This document shows, one piece after another, positions 23,088-30,942 of a stretch of DNA of 64,000 nucleotides. The translations under genes and the position numbers were made by a program. How positions within the stretch are numbered: position 1 is the first letter of the stretch; each line of letters starts with the position of its first letter. Source of the stretch: Bacteroidales bacterium (lineage in GTDB: Bacteria > Bacteroidota > Bacteroidia > Bacteroidales > UBA3663); contig JAILKE010000060.1 in the NCBI GenBank assembly GCA_024694125.1, positions 35,247 to 99,246 on the forward strand, read 5' to 3'. The notes beneath the pieces are model-generated. The model saw only the letters and a program-made list of their open reading frames with translations. It did not search any database and was not told where the DNA came from.

Positions 23088-24839
23088 TTATTCTTTTGTC
23101 TCCAACGACTCGGGCAACGGTTCGCCAAGTGCCTCGAGGATAGCCTTGTAGTGCTTGACCAGTTCCTCGCTGGGGTGGCCCTCGGAGCGGTCCATGGCGC
23201 GCTGCTGGTAGAATTTGGCCAGCATGTAGTTACCCTGCTTGTAGTATATCCAGGCATAGGTATCGAGGTAGGTCGGCTCGTCGGGGAACTTCTGCACCAC
23301 TTTCGCCACCATGCTCTCGGCCTTCATCAGGTCGCCGCCCTCCTCGCACAGGAAGTAGGCATAGTTGTTGAGCACCACATAATTGAGGTTGTTGTAGCGC
23401 AGAGCCAGGTCATAGTACTCGTAGCACCGCACCGTGTCACCCATCTCGTGGTACAGGTCACCCATCATGCCATAGATGTGCGATTGGAAGTTGGCATCCT
23501 TGGCATCGGTTGCGGTGAGGGCTTCGCGGTAAGCCGCCATGGCACTGTCGTTCTGATGGCGCTGCACATAGACGAAGGCGCGGGTCAGGTAGATCTCCTT
23601 GAGCTGGGGATGACGTGCCTGCGCCTGGGCTGCCAACTGCATCACGCGGTCCAGGTCTCCAGCCGCTGCAGCATAGCCGAGCGCCTTGCCCCAGTACTTG
23701 GTCTCGGATGGTTTGAGATCGACCGCAAAGAGTATCTGCGCCATGGCTGCACTGTCCTGACCGATGGCTGCCAGATATTCGGCATGCAGGTCATAGACCT
23801 CGGCGGCGGTAGGGTGCATGGTCGATACGGTCACGAAGAGGCTGTCCACACCCGGCAGTGATATGGCTGTGGAGTCCGATGCTTCGGCCTTCTCCTTCGA
23901 CACCTTTTCAATCGTATTCTTGAGGTACTCAGTGAGCATCTCGATCTTGGTCGATATGTCGAGGTTGGCATTGACCAGGGCGCAGTGCACGAGCGAGTCA
24001 GCCGCCTGCTGATTGCCGGTGATGCTGTAGTAGTTGGAGAGCGCCAACCACACATAGGCGTCATTCGGGTCGAGGGCAGCTGCCTGGTCGTAGGTCTTCT
24101 TGGCCTGCGGTATCATGCCCGACTTCATCTGCAGGTCGCCCAGCTGCAGGCGGTACGAGATGTCGTAGGGGTGACGGGCTATCAGCTTGTCGTACTCGGC
24201 AAAAGCCTCATCGACCATACCCCGTTCGCGCAACACGTAGAACTTCTGCAATGTCAGGTTCGGGTTGGGACCATCTATCTCCTCGATGTGCTGCAGGGCG
24301 TCGAAGCAGTCCCGGAGGCTGTCCATACGCACATAGATGTCCGCCAGACTGTAGTAGGAGTCGCTCTTGGTGGGATGCAGGCGGGTGATGCGGCGGAAAC
24401 AGTCGATGGCCTTGTCGTACATGTTGCTACGGCGATACAGGTTACCCAGCAGGTCACTGTACCAGAAGTTGGTCGAATCGACCTGCACGGCCACCTCCAG
24501 GTCGTGGATGCAGGAGCGCATCCACTCATCGCGGTACTGGCTCAATATCCCTCCCAACGAGGCATACATCAGTCGGCCACGCATATAACGTGCCGGCGCC
24601 GAGAGGCTGTCCACCTCCAGTGCCTCGTTCAGACGGTTGACTGCCTCGCCGCCGCGGTCCTGCATGCTGAGCGACACCGCCTCAAAGTAGAGCGAGTCGA
24701 ACGCCAGGCGCTGCTGGTCAGTCAGCACCAGCGGCTGCATCTCGGTCTGTACCTTCTTATGCCGACGGGCGTACAGCGACTGTGGCTGCAACATCAGCGG
24801 GACGAGGGTGAGCAGTATGTAATACAATACACGTGTCAT
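23088..24839 (-). CDS. tetratricopeptide repeat protein
   Basis: Signal/anchor N-terminus, with many TPR-like A..Y..AL repeats throughout the 583 aa. Confidence 0.8.
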   Translation of the reverse strand: MTRVLYYILLTLVPLMLQPQSLYARRHKKVQTEMQPLVLTDQQRLAFDSLYFEAVSLSMQDRGGEAVNRLNEALEVDSLSAPARYMRGRLMYASLGGILSQYRDEWMRSCIHDLEVAVQVDSTNFWYSDLLGNLYRRSNMYDKAIDCFRRITRLHPTKSDSYYSLADIYVRMDSLRDCFDALQHIEEIDGPNPNLTLQKFYVLRERGMVDEAFAEYDKLIARHPYDISYRLQLGDLQMKSGMIPQAKKTYDQAAALDPNDAYVWLALSNYYSITGNQQAADSLVHCALVNANLDISTKIEMLTEYLKNTIEKVSKEKAEASDSTAISLPGVDSLFVTVSTMHPTAAEVYDLHAEYLAAIGQDSAAMAQILFAVDLKPSETKYWGKALGYAAAAGDLDRVMQLAAQAQARHPQLKEIYLTRAFVYVQRHQNDSAMAAYREALTATDAKDANFQSHIYGMMGDLYHEMGDTVRCYEYYDLALRYNNLNYVVLNNYAYFLCEEGGDLMKAESMVAKVVQKFPDEPTYLDTYAWIYYKQGNYMLAKFYQQRAMDRSEGHPSEELVKHYKAILEALGEPLPESLETKE

Positions 24840-25612
24840 GCTATCGAAATATTAAATCCTTCGGCCACCAGCGGAGCGACCAGTTCGGCCATCTCCTCCT
24901 TGCTGACGCGTACCAACAGGCGTTCGGGTGTAGGGCGGTCCAACGAATAGACCATGATCTGATGGGGGCGCACCTCGCGCATCAAGTCGCACCAGGCAGC
25001 CACCTCGGCAGGTGTGGTGTTATCGACCTTCTGTCCGTTGTGCTCGCCGCGCACGAACATGGTCTGCACGATGAGCTGGCCCTGGAAGGCCTTCATCCCC
25101 TCCACCAACTGACGCACGGAGTAGTGACTATCAGCAGGCTGGTCTATCTGGTGTATGGTGGCGTCGTATGCGCCGTCTATCTTGAGGATATTGTTATCTA
25201 CGCGCAGCAGAGCCTCACGCACCTGTGGTCGGCCTATCTGTGTGGCATTGCTGAGCACGCTCACCTTGGCCGACGGATAGTACTGGTCACGCAGTTGGAT
25301 GGTACGGTCTATGACGCGGGGGAAGTCTGGATGCAGGGTCGGTTCGCCATTACCGGCAAAGGTGATCACATCGAGCCCGGCACCCTCGCTCTGCATCTGG
25401 CGCAGCTTCTGCTCCAACTGTTCCATCACTCTGTCGGCATCCGGCAGGTGTCCGCCGCGATGATCGGCATTCCAGCCGCACTCACAGTAGAGGCAGTCGA
25501 ACGAGCACAACTTACCATCGATGGGCAGCAGGTTGACACCCAGCGAGATGCCCAACCGACGACTGTGGATGGGCCCGACGATGTTGCTGTCGAAGATATC
25601 TGGATTTGCCAT
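24836..25612 (-). CDS. radical SAM protein
   Basis: The CSFDCLYCECG (CxxxCxxC) cluster lies near the N-terminus. The stop forms an ATGA-type overlap with the downstream TPR gene. Confidence 0.8.
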   Translation of the reverse strand: MANPDIFDSNIVGPIHSRRLGISLGVNLLPIDGKLCSFDCLYCECGWNADHRGGHLPDADRVMEQLEQKLRQMQSEGAGLDVITFAGNGEPTLHPDFPRVIDRTIQLRDQYYPSAKVSVLSNATQIGRPQVREALLRVDNNILKIDGAYDATIHQIDQPADSHYSVRQLVEGMKAFQGQLIVQTMFVRGEHNGQKVDNTTPAEVAAWCDLMREVRPHQIMVYSLDRPTPERLLVRVSKEEMAELVAPLVAEGFNISIA

Positions 25613-25643
25613 TCTTTATTTATTCCTTATATATAAAACGCCG

Positions 25644-25651
25644 CAAAGTTA
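25644..25651 (-). promoter_or_regulatory. -7 box TAACTTTG (minus strand)
   Basis: The reverse complement of CAAAGTTA lies about 32 nt upstream of the ATG at 25612. Confidence 0.45.
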
Positions 25652-25844
25652 ATACAAAAATCGGAAAAAAGCAAAAATATGAGGTATAAAATGCTGTAAT
25701 GTAGTATAATTTTTTTGCTGTCATTGTCCAAAAATCAACGACTTCGGACAACTGATTGCGAATCTTAGATAACAAAAGAGTGAGAATCGGCTGCATTGCA
25801 TCAAAAACCGGGAGGAAGATGAAGGTCGGATGAAATAATTTTAT

Positions 25845-25852
25845 TATTTTTG
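25845..25852 (+). promoter_or_regulatory. -7 box TATTTTTG
   Basis: TAnnTTTG match about 53 nt upstream of the hflX ATG. Confidence 0.5.
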
Positions 25853-25904
25853 CAGCTATTGCGCCATGGGCGCCAGGACGTTAATAAAGCACTTCCTAAT
25901 TTAG

Positions 25905-27332
25905 ATGAAAGAATTTATATTAAGCCAAAGTAAAAGCGAAAATGCCATCCTGGTCGGTCTGATCACCAAGACTCAGAACGAGCAGAAGACAACTGAATAT
26001 CTGGACGAACTGGCCTTCCTGGCCGACACAGCAGGTGCCGTGCCGGTCAAGCGCTTCGTGCAGCGACTGGAGACTCCCAACAATGCAACCTATGTCGGAC
26101 CTGGCAAACTGGACGAAATCAAGCAGTTCTGCAAGATGCGCGATGACGAGTACGAGGGATATCTGGCCGACTACAAGGAGCAGTTGGCCCAGGCCCGCAA
26201 CAAGAAAGAGGCACAGGACATCCCCTTGCCTCCCGACCCCCGCATCGGTATGGTCATCTTCGACGACGACCTGGGTCCCAAGCAGTTGCAGATCTTGGAG
26301 AGGGAACTGGGATGCAAGATCCTGGACCGTACGTCGCTCATCCTCGACATCTTCGCCAGCCGCGCCCAGACCGACACGGCCAAGACGCAGGTCGAACTGG
26401 CTCAGTACCAGTACCTGCTGCCCCGACTGACTGGACTGTGGACGCACCTGGAACGACAGAAAGGTGGTATCGGTATGCGCGGACCTGGTGAGACACAGAT
26501 TGAGACGGACCGCCGTATCGTGCTGGACCGCATCTCGCTGTGCAAACGCTGGCTGGAACAGATAGACCGCCAGAAGGCCACCCAACGTAAGAACCGCGGC
26601 AAACTGGTCCGCGTGGCGCTGGTGGGCTACACCAACGTCGGCAAGTCCACCCTCCTGAACCTGTTGGCCAAGAGCGACGTCTTCGCCGAGAACAAACTCT
26701 TCGCCACGCTCGATACGACCGTGCGCAAGGTCATCGTGGACAATCTGCCCTTCCTGATGTCCGATACGGTCGGCTTCATCCGCAAGTTGCCTACCCACCT
26801 GGTCGAGTCGTTCAAGAGCACCCTGGACGAGGTGCGCGAGGCGGACCTGCTGGTACACGTGGTCGATATCTCGCACCCTACCTTCGAGGACCAGATCCGC
26901 GTCGTGGAGGAGACCCTCAACGACATCTGCCGTGACATGACGGTGCGCGACGAACGTCGTGACGACCGCAACGGATACAACCGCAAGGACAAGCGCCAGT
27001 TCGAACGCAACCTGAAGGACCAGGGCCACGACAAACCGATGCTGCTGGTCTTCAACAAGGTCGATAACTACACCTTCACCCCGAAGGACGAAGACGACCT
27101 CACTCCTGCCACACGCGAGAACATCTCGCTCGAAGAGATGAAGCAGACCTGGATGGCTCGCATGAGCAACAACTGTATCTTCATCTCAGCCAAGACCGGG
27201 CAGGGCATAGACGAACTGAAAAATCGCCTGTACGAGATGGTCAAGGAGATTCACACCAAACGTTTCCCATACAACGACTTCCTCTTCCAGAAGTACGAGG
27301 AACTGGACGAAACCGACGCCGAGCAGGAGTAA
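25905..27332 (+). CDS. hflX: GTPase HflX
   Basis: The N-terminal HflX domain is followed by G1 GYTNVGKSTLLN, DTVGFIRKLPTHLVESFKSTL and NKVD. A charged insertion lies before G4. Confidence 0.92.
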   Translation: MKEFILSQSKSENAILVGLITKTQNEQKTTEYLDELAFLADTAGAVPVKRFVQRLETPNNATYVGPGKLDEIKQFCKMRDDEYEGYLADYKEQLAQARNKKEAQDIPLPPDPRIGMVIFDDDLGPKQLQILERELGCKILDRTSLILDIFASRAQTDTAKTQVELAQYQYLLPRLTGLWTHLERQKGGIGMRGPGETQIETDRRIVLDRISLCKRWLEQIDRQKATQRKNRGKLVRVALVGYTNVGKSTLLNLLAKSDVFAENKLFATLDTTVRKVIVDNLPFLMSDTVGFIRKLPTHLVESFKSTLDEVREADLLVHVVDISHPTFEDQIRVVEETLNDICRDMTVRDERRDDRNGYNRKDKRQFERNLKDQGHDKPMLLVFNKVDNYTFTPKDEDDLTPATRENISLEEMKQTWMARMSNNCIFISAKTGQGIDELKNRLYEMVKEIHTKRFPYNDFLFQKYEELDETDAEQE

Positions 27333-27391
27333 CCTGCCGACGTCGTTTCACTCTCTCCGTACAATATCCCTTTCGATGAGGGTACTTTCAT

Positions 27392-27495
27392 AGTGCGATT
27401 GGTGTGCGATTGAAATGCGATCGGTGTGCGATCGGTCATCCCTACCCTATCGTACACGAAGCGCTATCCCATCGCGAAGCGAGTGCACTCGGGAG
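27392..27495 (+). repeat. dispersed GTGCGATTGG-repeat element, copy A
   Basis: agtgcgattggtgtgcgattgaaatgcgatcggtgtgcgatcggtcatccctaccctatcgtacac... is near-identical by eye to 55661-55727. Both copies start about 60 nt after the stop of a plus-strand gene. Confidence 0.9.
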
Positions 27496-27598
27496 ACGAT
27501 ATGAGAGTCATGAAAGAGTCTTTTAAGGGAAGATAAAGGGTCATTAAAGGGGAGTGAAAAGGTAGTAAAAGGGACGTTTGATACTACCATTGGACTTT

Positions 27599-27664
27599 TA
27601 TATCTCGCAGAGAGAAATGAGTGTAAAAGAGTTTTAAATGTGCACTATTTAACGTCCTCATTCC
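27599..27664 (+). repeat. 66-bp direct repeat, copy 1
   Basis: tatatctcgcagagagaaatgagtgtaaaagagttttaaatgtgcactatttaacgtcctcattcc recurs at 27742-27807 with a single mismatch. Confidence 0.95.
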
Positions 27665-27741
27665 GCTCCTTTTCCTCTGTGAGAGTATTATAAGAGTATT
27701 AGATTCATTTATCAATTCAACGCCCTCCTTCCTCTCTTTTT

Positions 27742-27807
27742 TATATCTCGCAGAGAGAAATGAGTGTAAATGAGTTTTAAATGTGCACTATTTAACGTCC
27801 TCATTCC
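27742..27807 (+). repeat. 66-bp direct repeat, copy 2
   Basis: See copy 1. The offset is 143 bp. Confidence 0.95.
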
Positions 27808-27842
27808 TCTTCTTTCCCTCAGCGAGAGATTATTTTTCAATT

Positions 27843-27912
27843 TCACTTTTTTTCGTTATCGTTATCGTTTTTGTACGAAGTTTCTTCGTTTTTGTACGAA
27901 GTTTTTGTTTTT
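27843..27912 (-). repeat. 21-bp repeat family (reverse complement of the 5749-5845 family)
   Basis: cgttatcgttatcgtttttgtacgaagtttcttcgtttttgtacgaagtttttg is the reverse complement of ACTTCGTACAAAAACGAAGAA units. It abuts the ATG at 27913. Confidence 0.85.
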
Positions 27913-28875
27913 ATGTTCTGGCATATACTTGCATTACTCACAGCATGCATATGGGGCTCGACCTTCGCAGCCAGCAGCCTGCTGATAAGGGCGGGACTCA
28001 CCCCAGCCGAAATAATGTGTCTGCGATTCATCATCGCCTATCTACTGATGTTGCCCTTCGAACTGCGGGGCATGATACAGCGTGCACGGGCGCACCGATT
28101 CAGTGACCGCGCAGCACTGTGGATGACCATCAGGGACGAGGGACTGTTCGTGCTGCTGGGCCTGACAGGTGGCTCGCTCTACTTCCTGAGCGAGAACTAC
28201 GCCGTGAAGTTGACCAACTTCACATCGACCGTAGCTCTCATCGTGTGCACCTGTCCGATATGGACAGCATTGCTCAACCGCCTGATATGGCGCAGCGAAC
28301 ACATCACCAACCGATTCATATTCGGCTCCGTAACGGCAGTGGCTGGCGTCACGCTGGTGGTGCTGAATGGCGTCTTTGTGCTCGATGACAATCCCTGGGT
28401 GATACTGCTCAGCTTCGGCGCTGCCCTGATGTGGGCGATATACAGTCTGATACTCAAAGTCCTGGACCGCCGATATTCCAGCGCCGTCATCACGCGCAAG
28501 GTCTTCTGGTGGGGCGTATTGACCATGCTGCCCGTGGTGTGCATCGAGGCTCGCATGGGCGAGAGCCAACTGTGGAACCTGACGGACCACGCTGCTGCAT
28601 GGGGCGAGAGCCTGTTCAACCTCGACCTGATTACCCAACCCGAGGTGTGGGTGACGCTCCTGTTCCTGTCGCTGATAGCCTCGCTGGGCTGCTTCCTGAC
28701 CTGGAACATCGTATGCAAGCGCCTCTCCATCGTTACCGCAAGCAACTACCTGTACTTCAACCCCGTAACCTCGCTCTGGATGGGTGCCATCCTGCTGGGC
28801 GAACAGGTGACTTGGCCCGCTCTGATAGGCTGCGCCGTCACCATAGCAGGAGTATATTTGTGTAATAGGAAGTGA
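27913..28875 (+). CDS. EamA/DMT family transporter
   Basis: About ten TM segments. The N-terminus is MFWHILALLTACIWGSTFAAS. The start was moved downstream of the repeat array (the ORF-track start 27871 lies inside the repeat). Confidence 0.8.
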   Translation: MFWHILALLTACIWGSTFAASSLLIRAGLTPAEIMCLRFIIAYLLMLPFELRGMIQRARAHRFSDRAALWMTIRDEGLFVLLGLTGGSLYFLSENYAVKLTNFTSTVALIVCTCPIWTALLNRLIWRSEHITNRFIFGSVTAVAGVTLVVLNGVFVLDDNPWVILLSFGAALMWAIYSLILKVLDRRYSSAVITRKVFWWGVLTMLPVVCIEARMGESQLWNLTDHAAAWGESLFNLDLITQPEVWVTLLFLSLIASLGCFLTWNIVCKRLSIVTASNYLYFNPVTSLWMGAILLGEQVTWPALIGCAVTIAGVYLCNRK

Positions 28876-28940
28876 CAAAGTACAAAGTGACAAAGTACAA
28901 AGTACAAAGTACAAAGTGACAAAGTACAAAGTGACAAGGA
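28868..28940 (+). repeat. AAAGTGAC/AAAGTAC word array
   Basis: aggaagtgac aaagtac aaagtgac aaagtac aaagtac aaagtac aaagtgac aaagtac aaagtgac aagg. The array begins inside the last codons of the transporter gene, and the stop TGA (28873-28875) is part of the first word. Confidence 0.95.
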
Positions 28941-29016
28941 CGAATGATGCTACTAAACGAATGTTGCCACTAAACGAATGTTGCTACTATCTGAAATTTT
29001 CAACAGGAATTTGTAT

Positions 29017-29075
29017 TGTCCTTCTCTCTCCATTTTCTCTCCTTTTCCCCTCCCCTAAATATCCTTTTCTTTACG
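29017..29075 (-). repeat. reverse-complement GGGAG/AAAGG word array
   Basis: gtccttctctctccattttctctccttttcccctcccctaaatatccttttctttac is the reverse complement of the GGGGAGGGGAAAAGGAGAGAAAATGGAGAGAGAAGGAC family. Confidence 0.7.
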
Positions 29076-29156
29076 ATAAATTGAAAGAAAAAATAAAAAC
29101 CGTTAAAACTGAATAGTTTTTAACGACAAAAAAATACAGGATTCAGAAAATTTCAT

Positions 29157-29164
29157 TATCTTTG
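29157..29164 (+). promoter_or_regulatory. -7 box TATCTTTG
   Basis: TAnnTTTG match about 35 nt upstream of the ATG at 29199. Confidence 0.55.
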
Positions 29165-29198
29165 CGCACGTCCATTTATAGACGGACCGCTAAACTCT

Positions 29199-29927
29199 AT
29201 GGACTTACTCACGATAATACTTCTTTGCCTGATGGCCCTCGGCGCTGCATTGGTACAGCGCATATCGGGGTTCGGATTCGGCATTTTCATAATGACCGCA
29301 CTGCCCCTGCTGATGCCATCATACGGCGAGGCATTGACCCTGAGCGGAGCATTGGCGCTGGTCACCTCAGCCATCATCGTATGGCACATGCACCGCTACA
29401 TCGCATGGGGCAAGTTGCTGCCCATATTGATCACCTTCCTGATCGTATCGTGGATAGCAGGTGAGTGCCTCACACTGGCAGGCGACAAACTGCTCAAACA
29501 CATACTGGGCGTGATGCTGATATTGGCCAGCATCTGGTTCTTCTGCCTGAGCGAACGCATACACATCAACCCGACCATGCCGATGCAGATAGGTCTGGGC
29601 ACACTGTCGGGCGTCATGGGCGGTCTGTTCGGTATGCAGGGACCACCGGCAGTGCTGTATTTCCTCGCCTCGGCATCGCGCAAGGAGGAATACATGGCGA
29701 TGGCGCAATGCTACTTCCTGGTCGGCAACCTATGCATGACGGGCCACAGGGCATGGTTGGGTCTGTTCACCCACAACGTGGCACTGGCATGGGCGTGCTG
29801 CCTGCCGACCGTGCTGCTGGGTACCTGGATAGGCAGTCTGGTCTATCAGCGCCTGCCCATACGCATCATACGCAAGATAGTCTATGCCTACATGGGCATC
29901 AGCGGCGTGATAGCCCTGCTGCAGTGA
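29199..29927 (+). CDS. TauE/SafE family sulfite-exporter-like membrane protein
   Basis: Polytopic membrane protein with GAALVQRISGFGFGIF and GLFGMQGPP motifs. Confidence 0.75.
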   Translation: MDLLTIILLCLMALGAALVQRISGFGFGIFIMTALPLLMPSYGEALTLSGALALVTSAIIVWHMHRYIAWGKLLPILITFLIVSWIAGECLTLAGDKLLKHILGVMLILASIWFFCLSERIHINPTMPMQIGLGTLSGVMGGLFGMQGPPAVLYFLASASRKEEYMAMAQCYFLVGNLCMTGHRAWLGLFTHNVALAWACCLPTVLLGTWIGSLVYQRLPIRIIRKIVYAYMGISGVIALLQ

Positions 29928-29975
29928 TCGGACATCGGCACACACACTCGACCCACTCGAAACCCTGTTTGTACT

Positions 29976-30809
29976 ATGAGCAATGACACTCCACGCAAAC
30001 CCGTCGATCTCAACACGATCGAAGAACTGAACTACATCTCGACCCTGGAGGAGGATGCAGTCATCAACGCCTTCATCGACCAACTGCGGTCATGGGGCTA
30101 TGGCAGCATCAACCAGATGGCGGACCTGCAGGCGCTCCTTTGGACATTGGCCCAGAGGGGCATACCCCTGACCAAACTGAACCGTGTAGCGGTGGTGGAG
30201 TGCATTGAGCGCGAACCGTTGTACCTGCCCTTCCTCGCGATGGCGCGGCACTACAACAACTGGTTGCAGGGTCACCACCAACGTCTGCAGTCCGAGGCTG
30301 ACGCCCTGCGCCAGCAATTGAGCCAGACGCAACAGCAATTGGACCAGGCTAAAAAGGAAACGGAACAGGGCCAACAGCAACTGATGGATGCCCGACTGGA
30401 GATGGTCAAGCTGAAGCACGAGATGACGGAACTGAAACTGAAGGCCAAGCCGCAACGCGAGAGTGCCCAGGTGCACCAACTGCGCTACGAACTGAAACGG
30501 GAATACAACCTGCAACTCACGGAGTGGCACAACAAACACCGCCCTGCCAAGAGGGTCTATCAGCAGATGATGCACGAACTGGTCAATCCATGCAGCCCGA
30601 TATGCTGCGCCTACGACCTGACGCAGGAGGAGGACGCCAAGGCATACATCGAGTGGTTCCGCATCGCCCAACGCAAGATCAACAACCCCACCATGAAGGT
30701 GCTCCGCTCCCGATACGAGGGACAGGACATCTCGGCCTTCGAACAACTGGTTGAACTGTACAACCAGGAGTGGAACGGAAAGGAAGAAGATGATGAATTT
30801 ACTATTTGA
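29976..30809 (+). CDS. hypothetical coiled-coil protein (277 aa)
   Basis: Intact ORF with a central Q/E/K-rich heptad region (LRQQLSQTQQQLDQAKKETEQGQQQLMDARLEMVKLKHEMTELKLK). No family was recognised. Confidence 0.6.
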   Translation: MSNDTPRKPVDLNTIEELNYISTLEEDAVINAFIDQLRSWGYGSINQMADLQALLWTLAQRGIPLTKLNRVAVVECIEREPLYLPFLAMARHYNNWLQGHHQRLQSEADALRQQLSQTQQQLDQAKKETEQGQQQLMDARLEMVKLKHEMTELKLKAKPQRESAQVHQLRYELKREYNLQLTEWHNKHRPAKRVYQQMMHELVNPCSPICCAYDLTQEEDAKAYIEWFRIAQRKINNPTMKVLRSRYEGQDISAFEQLVELYNQEWNGKEEDDEFTI

Positions 30810-30942
30810 CGATTTACAATTTACTATTTATTTGATTATTTAGTAATTCTATCATTTCACCGCCTGACGAAAGGGACGGCGGGAAACTCGGACCCTCTCA
30901 ACCATACAACCTCACATCGTATAACCTCACAACCCTATATCA

